Source: Nitriliruptorales bacterium (GTDB lineage Bacteria > Actinomycetota > Nitriliruptoria > Nitriliruptorales > JAHWKO01). Taken from it: DNA of 60,476 bases. This document shows, one piece after another, positions 17,719 to 27,895 of the stretch (the first letter of the stretch is position 1; each line of letters starts with the position of its first letter). Under the pieces are notes generated by a model. That model was not told where the DNA came from. It worked only from the letters and a program-made list of their open reading frames with translations, and searched no databases. The stretch is from the NCBI GenBank assembly GCA_046263195.1, contig JBHELG010000050.1:1-60476 (forward strand), read 5' to 3'. Made by a program: the position numbers and the translations under genes.

Positions 17719-18777
17719 ATGCCGGAAGAGGGTGAGTGGCGCCAGGAGTGGCGGGCGAAGATGCAGCGGGAACAGGGGGGGACGCGGCAAGTCGCGCGGG
17801 CGCGTGAAGGCTCCCAGCAGCGGCGAGACCACGATGACAGCAGCGGTGGACAGGAGCCGAGGAAACCGAGCGACCTCGACAGGCCGTCGTGGGGAGGTGT
17901 CCTCAAGCGCACCTTCGCGGAGTTCCAGGACGACGACCTCACCGACTGGGCCGCCGCGCTGACCTACTACGGGGTACTGGCCATCTTCCCCGCCCTCCTC
18001 GCGCTGGTCTCGGTGCTCGGCCTGGTCGGGAGCTCCGCGACCCAGCCGCTGATCGACAACCTTGGCCGAGTGGCACCTGGTCCAGCGAGGGACATCTTCA
18101 CCACAGCCATCGAGAACCTGCAGAGGAGCCAGACCACCGGGGGCGTTCTCTTCGTCGTCGGCCTTGCCGCGGCTCTCTGGTCAGCCTCCGGCTACGTCGC
18201 CGCCTTCATGCGCGCGTCCAACAACATCTATGAGATCGAGGAGGGACGTCCGTTCTTGCAGAAGGGTGCGGTTCGCCTGGGCATGACCATCGTGCTCGTA
18301 GTGCTGCTGGTGATCACCGCACTCGCCGTGGCCCTCACCGGGGGGCTCGCAGACCGACTCGGCAGGCTGCTGGGCGTCGGGGAGTTCGCGGTCACGGTCT
18401 GGGACATCGCCAAGTGGCCGGTGCTGCTGCTGATCGTGAGCTTCATGTTCGCCCTCCTCTATTGGGCGGCGCCCAACGTGAAGCAGCCGGGCTTCCGCTG
18501 GGTCAGCCCTGGAGGGATCCTCGCCGTGATCCTCTGGGTCCTGGCCTCGGCAGCTTTCGCCTTCTACGTGGCCAACTTCGGCTCGTACAACAAGACCTAC
18601 GGCGCCCTCGGCGGGGTGATCATCTTCCTCGTGTGGCTGTGGATCTCCAACATCGCCGTGCTGTTCGGCGCCGAGTTCAACGCCGAGGTCGAGCGGGCCC
18701 GTCAGATCGAAGCCGGCCACCCACCGGAGGAAGAGCCCTTCCTGGAGCCCCGCGACACGAGGAAGATGAAGCGCTAG
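17719..18777 (+). CDS. YihY/BrkB family membrane protein
   Basis: DWAAALTYYGVLAIFP, LWSASGY, YWAAPN, SYNKTYGALGGVI..LVWLW, GAEFNAE. Start uncertain (17701/17719/17761). Confidence 0.92.
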   Translation: MPEEGEWRQEWRAKMQREQGGTRQVARAREGSQQRRDHDDSSGGQEPRKPSDLDRPSWGGVLKRTFAEFQDDDLTDWAAALTYYGVLAIFPALLALVSVLGLVGSSATQPLIDNLGRVAPGPARDIFTTAIENLQRSQTTGGVLFVVGLAAALWSASGYVAAFMRASNNIYEIEEGRPFLQKGAVRLGMTIVLVVLLVITALAVALTGGLADRLGRLLGVGEFAVTVWDIAKWPVLLLIVSFMFALLYWAAPNVKQPGFRWVSPGGILAVILWVLASAAFAFYVANFGSYNKTYGALGGVIIFLVWLWISNIAVLFGAEFNAEVERARQIEAGHPPEEEPFLEPRDTRKMKR

Positions 18778-18799
18778 AGGCGAGCTGGGAGGGCCAGTT

Positions 18800-19942
18800 T
18801 CAACGCGAGGATGCCGCACGCGTGGGGCGCCCTGGCGAGCTGAGCAGGAGGGCGCTGCCCACGACGGCGGACAGCAGCGATCCAGCGAGCACCCCCACCT
18901 TGGCGACATGCAGCTCAGGCCCGTCGTCGAAGGTCAGCCCCGCGATGAAGAGCGCCACCGTGAAGCCGATCCCACCGAGTGGCGCCATTGCGAGCACATG
19001 CCGGGGCGCGAGTCCGAGCGGCAGGCGTCCGAGACGCGTGCGCGCCGTCAGCGCGCCCGTCAGGCCGATACCGAGGGTCTTTCCGAGCAGCAGTCCGGCG
19101 ACGATCCCGATCGAGACCTCGCTCGACGCAGCGGCCCGAAGTGAGACCAGGTCGAGGGCGACGCCGGCGTTCCCCAGCGCGAACAGCGGCAGGACGAGGT
19201 AGCTCGACAGCGGGTGGAGGCGGTTTTGGAGGACGACGGTCTGCGGCGCCGGCGTCAGGAGACCGAGGACGACACCAGCGATCGTGGCGTGGACGCCTGA
19301 AGCCAGCATCAGCGCCCATATGGCGACGCCGAGTGGGACGTGCAACCAGGGCGAGGATGTGATGCGCCACGTCGCAGCGACGAGCAGGGAAACGCCTGCC
19401 ACTGCAGCCAACCAGCGGGGATCGATGCCATCGGAGTAGGCGATTGCGATGATGATGACCGCCCCGATGTCGTCGGCGACCGCGATCGTCAGCAGCAACA
19501 CCTTGAGGCCGGCCGGCACCCGCCTGCCGAGCAGCGCGAGCACGCCGACCGCGAAGGCGATATCGGTCGCAACCGGAATGCCCCAGCCGGCCGCACCGGG
19601 GCCCCCCGCATTGAAGGCGAGGTAGATGACGGCAGGGAGTGACAAACCTGCGAGCGCGGCGAGGAGCGGCAGGACGGCCACGCGCGGGTCCCGCAGCTCC
19701 CCTTCGACCAGTTCACGTTTGATCTCGAGACCGACGACGAGGAAGAACAACGTCATCAGCCCGTCGTTCAGCCAGTGACGAAGGTCCAAGGGGCCGAGAC
19801 TTCGCTGCCAGACGTTTTCGTAGCCGCTGTGGACGTTGGCCCACAGCAGAGCGATGACGGTTGCGCCCAGCAGCACCACGGCACCGCCGGCCTCGGTGCG
19901 CAGGAACGAACTGAGCGGGCGCAGACGTTTGGCGCTTGGCAC
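18800..19942 (-). CDS. nhaA: Na+/H+ antiporter NhaA
   Basis: WLNDGLMTLFFLVVGLEIKRE, GWGIPVATDIAFA, AVADDIGA, SGVHAT, GIGFTVALFI. Start placed at GTG 19942. Confidence 0.95.
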   Translation of the reverse strand: MPSAKRLRPLSSFLRTEAGGAVVLLGATVIALLWANVHSGYENVWQRSLGPLDLRHWLNDGLMTLFFLVVGLEIKRELVEGELRDPRVAVLPLLAALAGLSLPAVIYLAFNAGGPGAAGWGIPVATDIAFAVGVLALLGRRVPAGLKVLLLTIAVADDIGAVIIIAIAYSDGIDPRWLAAVAGVSLLVAATWRITSSPWLHVPLGVAIWALMLASGVHATIAGVVLGLLTPAPQTVVLQNRLHPLSSYLVLPLFALGNAGVALDLVSLRAAASSEVSIGIVAGLLLGKTLGIGLTGALTARTRLGRLPLGLAPRHVLAMAPLGGIGFTVALFIAGLTFDDGPELHVAKVGVLAGSLLSAVVGSALLLSSPGRPTRAASSR

Positions 19943-19947
19943 GATGG

Positions 19948-20006
19948 CGGCTCCGGACGGCACAGACGGATCGCCGACCAGACTTCCCGGCACACCAACG
20001 CGGAGC
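19948..20006 (-). promoter_or_regulatory. Candidate nhaA-I-like (Na+/Li+) riboswitch leader
   Basis: GGTGTGCCG-GGAAGTCT-GGTCGGC core (19996-19973) directly upstream of nhaA; TATGCT -10-like box just 5' of it. Confidence 0.5.
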
Positions 20007-20151
20007 ATAAGGCACAGGCTGGCCTCGCACCGCTCCGCGGCGCTCCGAGCCTTCCTGGCCTCCCGCCAGCAGTCTTCCCATGAGCGAGACGGCTGCCGCC
20101 GTATAGCTCGCGAACGTAGAACGCGAGAGGAGAGTGGGGATGTCTCGGACC

Positions 20152-21216
20152 TCAGCGGACCGTGAGTGCAACCTCTTGGACCAGGTTGTTCCCCATGCCC
20201 TGGACATTCCAAGGCTGCTCGAGCGGCTGAGAGGTTCCCGTCTCGTCCGTCGCCCGGCACGAGAGCAGGTGGCCTCCACGCGTCGCAAGCCACTCGTACG
20301 ACCAGCCTCGCCAGGCCCATTCCCCGGCCGGCGCGGCGAGCTTCGCTTCGAACCAGTCGCCGTCTATGCCCACCTCGACTCGGAGGATAGGGGCGGTCCC
20401 ACTCCAGGCTCGGCCCTGGATCGCCACTGGTCCGCGGTCGAGGTAGCGGCGCCGCTGCGGGAAGTCGGGGAACCCGGGAGGAATCATCAGTGCGCGGGGG
20501 CGGATGCGATTCACCGGCTCACCGGGATCCTCCTGAGAGCGCTGATAGTGGTACGCGACCGCCTGATGAAAGCCTCGGAAAGACTCGGCGAGGACCTCTA
20601 TGCGTGAGAGCCATTTCACGCTCGCCATGCCGTACCAGCCGGGGACCAGCAGTCGCAGTGGGAAGCCGTGCTGGGGCTCGAGCGGCCGGCCGTTCATCTC
20701 GTAGGCGAGGAGGACCTCGGGGCGCACCGCCTCGGCGAGCGGCAGCGCACGCGCATAGTTCAGTTCCTCGCCGCCCTCGATACCGTGATCGGCGCCGGTG
20801 AACACGATCTCGACGGCGTCCTGCTCGAGACCGGCTTCTTCGAGGACGCCGACGAGCGAGGTGCCCGTCCAGGAAGCCGTGGAGACCGCTTCCTGCAACC
20901 ACGGCTGGGACATGGGCCGCGGCTCCAGCCGGGCTCGGCCGTTCCCGGCACACTCGAGGGTTACGGGGACAGTGATGGCTGGCCGTGCTCGGATGTCGTC
21001 GAGCGTCAACTCGAGTTCGCGACAGACCCGACCTCCCACCTCGAGCCGCCACGAGCTGGGGCCGCATGCCGGGATATCGAAGTGGACGAGAAGGTAGTGC
21101 AGGCCGACCGGAGTGACGTCGTATCGGAGGGCTTCCAGCGGCATTCCCCGGTTACGGGTTGCCTGAGCCAGTTCCATGGCTGTGATGCCCTCACCGGGGG
21201 CGGCGAGCTCGATCAT
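20152..21216 (-). CDS. Sulfite oxidase family molybdoenzyme
   Basis: TLECAGNGR (Moco Cys), LAYEMNG..L...HGFPLRL.VPGWYGMASVKWL, C-terminal dimerisation domain CRATD. Confidence 0.9.
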   Translation of the reverse strand: MIELAAPGEGITAMELAQATRNRGMPLEALRYDVTPVGLHYLLVHFDIPACGPSSWRLEVGGRVCRELELTLDDIRARPAITVPVTLECAGNGRARLEPRPMSQPWLQEAVSTASWTGTSLVGVLEEAGLEQDAVEIVFTGADHGIEGGEELNYARALPLAEAVRPEVLLAYEMNGRPLEPQHGFPLRLLVPGWYGMASVKWLSRIEVLAESFRGFHQAVAYHYQRSQEDPGEPVNRIRPRALMIPPGFPDFPQRRRYLDRGPVAIQGRAWSGTAPILRVEVGIDGDWFEAKLAAPAGEWAWRGWSYEWLATRGGHLLSCRATDETGTSQPLEQPWNVQGMGNNLVQEVALTVR

Positions 21217-21427
21217 GGGACTCCAAGCTTCACACGGGGAGCGTCTGGGGGCAACAGACTTGGCTCCGGTCGTGAGCGTGACACGACCCCGCAGGCGAAA
21301 TGCGAGCAGACGCCGCATGCAGGCCAAGCGGTTAGGGTGAGTCGGGCGGTCGGCGGCATGGCTGAACCGATGTTCAGACCCAGCGAGACGGTCTGCTGGC
21401 GACCCGTGAGATGAAGGACGTGTAGCG

Positions 21428-22339
21428 GTGCGGGTTGTGTCCCTGCTCCCGTCCACGACTGAGATCGTCGTCGCCCTGGGACACGGCGATGATCTCGTCG
21501 GGCGGAGCCATGAGTGCGATTTCCCCCCGGAGGTCGTGGATCTTCCCGTCATTACCCGTCCTCGGCGGGAACACGTCGGGACTTCGGGCGAGATCCACCG
21601 GGCCGTCGTGGACCTGCTCGAGCAGGTGTTGTCCATCTACGTGGTGGACCCGCCGGCGCTCCGCGCCGCGAATCCTGAGCTGATCATCACCCAGGACCTC
21701 TGTCGCGTGTGCGCGGTACCCGAAGACGAGGTCGTCGAGGCTGCGCGCGTCTACCTCGGAGAAGGCGTCGAAGTTGTCACCTCCTCTCCGACGAGCCTGG
21801 GGGAGGTGTTCGCGGATGTGCTCCGCATAGGGGAAGCGTTGAACGACCGTGAAGCAGCGGAGCGGCTCGTGTCCCGCCTGCAGGGGGAGTTGAACGATCT
21901 GGCCGCCTCCGTCGCCGCCATGAGACGTCCGCGTCTGGCTCTGCTGGAATGGACGGATCCGCTCATGGTGGCGGGCCATTGGACCCCGGAACTCATCGAG
22001 ACCGCAGGAGCCGCCCCCGTCCTCACCAGCGGCGGTCGCCACTCCCCCATCATCACTTTCGAGGCGCTCCGAGACAGTGACCCTGACGTGATACTCGTGG
22101 CCCCCTGCGGCTATGACCTGCCCCGAGCCGTGGCGGAGCGCCAGGTCCTGGGGGGGATCGCGGGATGGCACGATCTGACCGCGGTGAGAGAGGGCCGGGT
22201 GGCGTTCGCCGACGGGTCCGCCTACTTCAGTCGCCCCGGACCGCGTCTCGTCACCTCAGCGGCGATCATCGCCGCTGTGACCCACTCGTTCGGCCCCGCG
22301 CAGGAACTCGAGGGGCGCGCCTGGCAACGGTGGTCGTGA
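21428..22339 (+). CDS. BtuF-like cobalamin/Fe-siderophore binding-fold protein, no signal peptide
   Basis: MRVVSLLPSTTEIV, VGRSHECDFP, TQDLC.VC, LEWTDP, FSRPGPRL. Confidence 0.85.
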   Translation: MRVVSLLPSTTEIVVALGHGDDLVGRSHECDFPPEVVDLPVITRPRREHVGTSGEIHRAVVDLLEQVLSIYVVDPPALRAANPELIITQDLCRVCAVPEDEVVEAARVYLGEGVEVVTSSPTSLGEVFADVLRIGEALNDREAAERLVSRLQGELNDLAASVAAMRRPRLALLEWTDPLMVAGHWTPELIETAGAAPVLTSGGRHSPIITFEALRDSDPDVILVAPCGYDLPRAVAERQVLGGIAGWHDLTAVREGRVAFADGSAYFSRPGPRLVTSAAIIAAVTHSFGPAQELEGRAWQRWS

Positions 22340-22563
22340 TGCCCGGGGAGGGTTGGTCTCGAGCCCCAACCCAAACCCCACCTGAACGACCGTGCTCGCT
22401 CGTGGTCGCGCCGATCCGGGAGTGTCAGCCCGGGCTCCGACGATCCTGAGCCCCTGCCTGACCGCGCCTCGGCAGGCACGAGCGCTTCCTGTCGCAGCCG
22501 TGTCGCGGGCCAGGGCATAGTTAGCGGAGGTGAGAGTAGGTCTCCTCTGCCCTGCTGACCGGC

Positions 22564-22740
22564 TCAAGCGCCATCGACGACCTCGACCGTCTCATCGGCA
22601 CGTCGCCACAGGGTGGCCTCGATGCGGACCTGCCCACCTGCCACTGTCACTTCTCGGATGACGACGACAACAAGCGGGCCGGCAAGGCCGGCAATGTCAC
22701 CAGGACGCAGTTGGCCTGGGGTCGTAGCCGTGGTGGTCAT
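22564..22740 (-). CDS. Small hypothetical protein
   Basis: 58 aa after SD GGAGG; beta-rich composition; no recognised family. Confidence 0.4.
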   Translation of the reverse strand: MTTTATTPGQLRPGDIAGLAGPLVVVVIREVTVAGGQVRIEATLWRRADETVEVVDGA

Positions 22741-22949
22741 ACACATCCTCCCACGTGGTTGTCGGCCGGTCAGTGGATTTGGTTGAGGCACGTTTTGAAG
22801 TTCGAGAGGTGGCGGGCTGTCCCCCACCTGGTCCGAGCGCTCGTACACCGTCACTCGGACGCGTCGCGACGTCTGCGATCGGGTTCTCCTGTCCACAGTG
22901 GTGCCTGCGCCGTGGCGGTCGACATCGACAGGGGAATCCCGGAGGCACC

Positions 22950-23336
22950 ATGCAATACGAAGCGTTCATAGAGCGGGTCCAGGACCGGGGGGACTTCCGC
23001 GATCGCGATCTCGCTGAGGACGCCACGCGCGCAACACTCGAAACGCTTGGGGAGCGATTGACGGCAGCAGACGCCGCCGAGCTTGCGGCACAGTTGCCTG
23101 AGGATCTCGCCGGCTATGTCGAACGACAGGCGTCCGGGGAGACCGACCCGAGCGAGTTCGGAGTGAAGGAGTTCTGTCAAAGGGTTGCGGAACGCCAAGG
23201 CAGCGATCTCAGCCCTGAAGACGCCCGTGAGCATGTCCGTGCGGTCTTCACCACGCTTCGCGAGGCCATTAGCGAAGGCGAGTACACGACGTTGCTCATC
23301 AGACTTCCGGAGGGCTACGGGGAACTCTTTCGCTGA
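22950..23336 (+). CDS. DUF2267 family protein
   Basis: MQYEAFIERVQ, ATRATLETLGERL, LAAQLP, AVFTTLREAIS; SD GGAGG. Confidence 0.88.
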   Translation: MQYEAFIERVQDRGDFRDRDLAEDATRATLETLGERLTAADAAELAAQLPEDLAGYVERQASGETDPSEFGVKEFCQRVAERQGSDLSPEDAREHVRAVFTTLREAISEGEYTTLLIRLPEGYGELFR

Positions 23337-23378
23337 GAGGAGCCCGCGGAGCCCAATGCAACAAGTCGGAGCAGGTTT

Positions 23379-23585
23379 ATGCAGGAGGAAAAGCCCGAAC
23401 GACAGCGCGGAACCGCCGAAAGCGACGCTGGTCCCGACGAGCAACTCGAGCCGCACGACAACGAGCACGGCGACATCGCGCCCGATCTAGCAATCGAACC
23501 CGAACCCCCCGCTGACGACGCAGAAGATGTCGCCCGGAGGTGGGAAGCGGCCGATCCCATCGAAGGGGAAGCACCGACCGGATGA
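23379..23585 (+). CDS. Small acidic hypothetical protein
   Basis: 68 aa, D/E-rich, ends DPIEGEAPTG; follows the DUF2267 gene. Confidence 0.55.
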   Translation: MQEEKPERQRGTAESDAGPDEQLEPHDNEHGDIAPDLAIEPEPPADDAEDVARRWEAADPIEGEAPTG

Positions 23586-23622
23586 CCTGGGAGAAGCCTT
23601 GAACCCGTCAGAGGGCCCCCTG

Positions 23623-24027
23623 TCAGGACGTCGCTCGCGGGACGCCGGCTTCACGAAGCACTGCTGCTGGAACGCCGAGCTCACGCCATGCTGAATAGGT
23701 GATGCCTCGCCGCTCCGAGTACTCCTGCGCAGCCTCGACGAACCCCCGCTCCAGTTCTTCGAAGTCTGGTTGATCCTCAATCCGCGCAAGTTGCCGCTCG
23801 GCATCGATCCGTCTTTGTATGAGCTCAACCCGCTTGACCGGACTCGTCTCCTGATCGATCTCTGCCTGTAGCTGTTCGATGCGCTTTGCCACCGCCTGAC
23901 GATCGACCGGCCGTCCTGGCTTATGTCCGGTCTCGAGGGCTTGCAGGTAGGCCCGAACAGCCAGCGCCTGCTGCCTGCCCTTTGCGAGTGCTTCCTTGTG
24001 CTCCACTGTCAACCCATCACGCGGCAT
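23623..24027 (-). CDS. Conserved hypothetical coiled-coil protein
   Basis: EHKEALAKGR...AVRAYLQAL...ITYSAWRELGVPAAVLREAG; protein-like composition. Confidence 0.7.
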   Translation of the reverse strand: MPRDGLTVEHKEALAKGRQQALAVRAYLQALETGHKPGRPVDRQAVAKRIEQLQAEIDQETSPVKRVELIQRRIDAERQLARIEDQPDFEELERGFVEAAQEYSERRGITYSAWRELGVPAAVLREAGVPRATS

Positions 24028-24441
24028 CCCTGTTCCATTTCAGGTGCTCGGGTCGTACCACTGAGCCCCGCAGCGCTCTTTCGTAGCAATGATCCGGGAT
24101 ACTGTCAGGCAGCAAGGCAAAAACCTATGGCTACCGGTTCAGCGTACGTAAGCTCGACGCCGGGGGACTTGACACAGCAGACTGGAATCCCTTGTCGAGG
24201 TACTCGTCCACCTCTCGGGCTGCTCTTCTGTCTCCTCATGCTTCTGGGCCACTAGCGCTGCCGGGCCGACAACGCGCATGGGCGCGGGGAAACCCTTTGG
24301 GTTCCCAAGGGGAGAAGGGCGTCGCTCATCCCGGTCAGCGGCCCACCTCCGTCTGCGCCTCTTCCCACCTACCTGTCGGTTGGGTTGCACGGGTAGGGGG
24401 CGCGCTGGGAATCTCCAACCACACGAGAGACAGGCGGACCC

Positions 24442-24639
24442 ATGGCGACGGATAGGCGAGAGCCAGAAGAGGCGCCCGACGACTACAGCGCATCGCAGGA
24501 GGAGATTGCACGCCACTCGCTGGACACCGGCGGGGACGCGCCCGCAGCAGCGTCCCTGGCACAACGCGAAGCCCTGGCCCGCGAGGAAGAACCCTTCTTC
24601 GAGCGCGATGAGGACGTCGCGTTCCCCGAAGAGGCGTGA
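24442..24639 (+). CDS. Small acidic hypothetical protein
   Basis: 65 aa, D/E-rich, high GC3, just upstream of the oxidoreductase. Confidence 0.5.
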   Translation: MATDRREPEEAPDDYSASQEEIARHSLDTGGDAPAAASLAQREALAREEEPFFERDEDVAFPEEA

Positions 24640-24660
24640 CGAGCCCCGAGGCAGGCCGCG

Positions 24661-26037
24661 ATGACAGTCGCCGTACTTGGCGCCGGACCCGCTGGGATCG
24701 GGGCGGCCTACCGGCTGGCCACCGGCAATCGAACGGTTGTCGTCCTCGAACGTGCGGGCCGGGTTGGAGGCACGGCAGGTTCCTTCGAGATCGCCGGGAC
24801 GCGCGTCGATTACGGCAGCCACCGACTTCACCCGTCAATTGACCCGACCATCCTGCGTGAGTTGCGAGGCGTCCTGGGAGCTGACCTGCAGCAGCGACAT
24901 CGCAACGGTCGCATTCACCTGCTGGGTCGGTGGATTGCCTTTCCGTTGCGACCCGCTGACCTTCTTCGACGACTCCCCACTTCAGTCGCAGTCGGAGCCG
25001 CCTGGGACGCGGCGACCAGCGCCACCCGTCGGGCACGGCGTGACACGTTCGCCGACGTCCTGCTTGCCAAGCTCGGCCCGACACTCTGTCAGCACTTCTA
25101 CTTCCCTTACGCGCGCAAGCTGTGGGGGCGAGAGCCCGAGGAACTGTCGGGTGTCCAGGCTCGCCGTCGCGTAGCTGCTGACTCCCCCGGCAAGCTGTTG
25201 CGGAGGCTGACCACGGACGCCGCACGTCGACAGATCTTCTTCTACCCCCGTCGGGGCTACGGACAGCTGTGGGAACGGCTCGCTGACGCGACCATCGCCG
25301 CCGGGGGCGAGGTGCAGGTCAACAGTGCCGTCGAAGCCGTTCGGATCCGACCGGACGCGGTGGAAGTCGCGGTCGGTGACGGCCGCACGGTCCGAGCTGA
25401 TATGGCCTGGTCGACGCTGCCGCTTACCGTTCTCGCGCACATCGTCGAACCTGCGCCTCCACCTGAGGTTCTGGCCTCAACCGTTCAACTCAGGTTTCGC
25501 GCGATGGTGCTCGTCTACCTCGTCCTCGACACCGATCGATACAGCCCCTACGACGCCCACTACTTTCCCGGCCCCGAGACTCCGATCACCCGGATCTCCG
25601 AACCAAAGAATTACCGCGACAGCCGCGACGACCCTGCCGGTCGTACCGTGCTCTGCGCCGAGATTCCGTGCTCACAAGGAGGCGAGCTCTGGCGATCCGA
25701 CGACGAGCGCCTAGCCGGAATCGTTCGGAGCGCCCTGAAGGGAGCGGGCCTCACGGATCCTCACCCGCGTGAGGTGGCGACTCGTCGGCTACGGCAAGCC
25801 TACCCGATCTACGACCTCGGCTACGACCACGCCTTCCAAACCCTCGATAGCTGGTTGTCGGACCAGCCACGTCTGTTGACCTTCGGACGCCAGGGTCTGT
25901 TCGCGCATGACAATTCCCACCACGCCCTGTCGATGGCCTGGGCGGCGGTTGATGGACTACGAGAAGACGGCACTTTCGACGTGAAGTCCTGGGCCAGCGC
26001 CCGGGCTCGCTTCAAGGACCACGTGGTCGAAGACTGA
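24661..26037 (+). CDS. FAD-dependent oxidoreductase (protoporphyrinogen oxidase / UDP-galactopyranose mutase-like)
   Basis: VAVLGAGPAG, ERAGRVGG, DYGSHRLH, FFYPRRGYGQL, AYPIY, GRQGLF. Confidence 0.85.
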   Translation: MTVAVLGAGPAGIGAAYRLATGNRTVVVLERAGRVGGTAGSFEIAGTRVDYGSHRLHPSIDPTILRELRGVLGADLQQRHRNGRIHLLGRWIAFPLRPADLLRRLPTSVAVGAAWDAATSATRRARRDTFADVLLAKLGPTLCQHFYFPYARKLWGREPEELSGVQARRRVAADSPGKLLRRLTTDAARRQIFFYPRRGYGQLWERLADATIAAGGEVQVNSAVEAVRIRPDAVEVAVGDGRTVRADMAWSTLPLTVLAHIVEPAPPPEVLASTVQLRFRAMVLVYLVLDTDRYSPYDAHYFPGPETPITRISEPKNYRDSRDDPAGRTVLCAEIPCSQGGELWRSDDERLAGIVRSALKGAGLTDPHPREVATRRLRQAYPIYDLGYDHAFQTLDSWLSDQPRLLTFGRQGLFAHDNSHHALSMAWAAVDGLREDGTFDVKSWASARARFKDHVVED

Positions 26038-26119
26038 TCGTGATGGGCTGACGACTGACACTGCCGGCAGGATGACGCCGTACTTTGCCGCCCACCCACC
26101 AGGCGATCCCGGACAGGGG

Positions 26120-26452
26120 TCAGTCCCAGGTGTCGAACAGCACCTCACTCCATGAGTACGGGGCCTGCACCCGCTTGGACGACTCCCCATCGTTCTCGTG
26201 GGACGCACCCTCGAGCGCATACTCGATGAGGTTCAACGTGCGGTTGCGCAGCGATCCTGGCGGCCGGCCCCGGGTCGGGGAGGCTGGTCGACACCTCGGC
26301 AGCCCGTCACGAAGGATGACCGCCCGAGCAACTTCGAGTGCGAGCCGGTCGCAGTCAGTGTCAGCGAGGAGCGCATCCCGCGCCGTCTGCAGGTTGAGCC
26401 CTGAAGAGGCCAGGCTGACCGCTTTCTGCATCACGACGTCGGAGGCATCCAT
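26120..26452 (-). CDS. Hypothetical protein
   Basis: 110-aa ORF filling the gap between genes; no recognised motif. Confidence 0.45.
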   Translation of the reverse strand: MDASDVVMQKAVSLASSGLNLQTARDALLADTDCDRLALEVARAVILRDGLPRCRPASPTRGRPPGSLRNRTLNLIEYALEGASHENDGESSKRVQAPYSWSEVLFDTWD

Positions 26453-26544
26453 CGCTTTCCCATCTCAGGTCCTGGGGGTAGGACTACCCGCCGAAGAGCG
26501 TTCGGTGTACCGACCGGAGGGCCATGACCACCCTGGCCATCTGC

Positions 26545-27168
26545 TCAACCTGAACCTGAGGGTTGCCCGTGGACTATGAGCTCTTGGAGCGCGGGGCGAA
26601 GGGCTCGGAAGGCAGCCCCGCGATGGCTGCGGGCGTCTTTCACCTCGGGAGGAAGCTCCGCGTTCGTGCGGGTCTCACCAAGGCCGACGAAGATGGGGTC
26701 GTAACCAAAGCCGCCTTCGCCTCGCGGTTCGGTGATGATTCGACCCGCCATGATCCCGAGCGTGGTCCACTCGCGGGCATCGGGTGACACGAGTGCTGCC
26801 GCACAGACGAAGCGCGCGCCACGGTCCTGGGGGGCCTGAACTGCTGTCAGGGCCTCGAGCAGCTTCGCGCGATTGGCGGCGTCATCCGCTTGGGGACCGG
26901 CATAGCGCGCGGAGATGACGCCAGGAAGACCCCCGAGCGCATCGACCTCGAGGCCGGAATCGTCTGCCAGTGCCGGCAGGCCGGTCGCGCTGGCAGCCAG
27001 GCGGGCCTTGACGAGTGCGTTCTCCTCGAACGTCGCGCCGGTCTCATCGGGACCTTCGCCACCGAAGGCGTCGATCGCTAGGAGTTCGAGGTCGAGATCC
27101 CCCAGGATACGTTCCAGTTCCGCGAGCTTCCCCCTGTTTCGGGTCGCGAGCACGATGCGAACGGTCAC
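26545..27168 (-). CDS. rdgB: Non-canonical purine NTP pyrophosphatase
   Basis: ATRNRGK, ETGATFEENA..KA, ADDSGLEVDAL, GFGYDPIF, SHRG. Confidence 0.96.
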   Translation of the reverse strand: MTVRIVLATRNRGKLAELERILGDLDLELLAIDAFGGEGPDETGATFEENALVKARLAASATGLPALADDSGLEVDALGGLPGVISARYAGPQADDAANRAKLLEALTAVQAPQDRGARFVCAAALVSPDAREWTTLGIMAGRIITEPRGEGGFGYDPIFVGLGETRTNAELPPEVKDARSHRGAAFRALRPALQELIVHGQPSGSG

Positions 27169-27175
27169 GGTGATC

Positions 27176-27895
27176 TCAGGGGCGACTCGGAGGAGCTTCG
27201 AGCGCCTCGAGCTGCTGAACGAGTAGCTCCTCGCAGCCTCCGAACGCGAGAGTGAGGAGTCGGTCCAAAGTGGTCTGATCGAAAGGTTCCCGTTCAGCGG
27301 TGCCTTGAACCTCGACGAGGCGCCCGTCGCCGGTGACCACGACGTTCATGTCCACATCAGCGGAGACATCCTCGTCGTAGCTGAGATCGAGCATCGGTTG
27401 GCCGTCCACCACTCCTACCGAGACTGCGGCCACCTGGCCCATGACCGCGCGGCCATATCCGAGGTTCTCCAGTGCCCGAGCGAGCGCCACCCAGCCCCCG
27501 GTTATGGCGGCTGTGCGGGTGCCGCCGTCCGCGTCGAGCACGTCGCAGTCCACCGTCAGGGTGCAATCCGGCAGCGTGTCGAGATCCACGACTGCGCGCA
27601 GAGAACGGCCAACCAGACGCTGAATCTCCTGGGAGCGGCCCTGTGGGGTTGACTCCCGCCTTGCGCGGGGAGCCGTAGCACCGGGGAGCATGGCGTATTC
27701 CGCGGTCACCCAGCCCACCCGCCCGCGCCAACGGGGGGCGCCTTCCAGGTAGGAAACCGCACACACGACGCGAGTAGAGCCGAACTCCACGCAGCAGGAG
27801 GCCACGGGATGCCGTTGAAACCCGAGCTCGAAGCGGACCGGGCGAAGCTCGTCGTACGCTCGCCCGTCGCCGCGGGGCTCGGACTGACCGGCCAT
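27176..27895 (-). CDS. rph: Ribonuclease PH
   Basis: [52 protein letters not shown]. Confidence 0.96.
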   Translation of the reverse strand: MAGQSEPRGDGRAYDELRPVRFELGFQRHPVASCCVEFGSTRVVCAVSYLEGAPRWRGRVGWVTAEYAMLPGATAPRARRESTPQGRSQEIQRLVGRSLRAVVDLDTLPDCTLTVDCDVLDADGGTRTAAITGGWVALARALENLGYGRAVMGQVAAVSVGVVDGQPMLDLSYDEDVSADVDMNVVVTGDGRLVEVQGTAEREPFDQTTLDRLLTLAFGGCEELLVQQLEALEAPPSRP

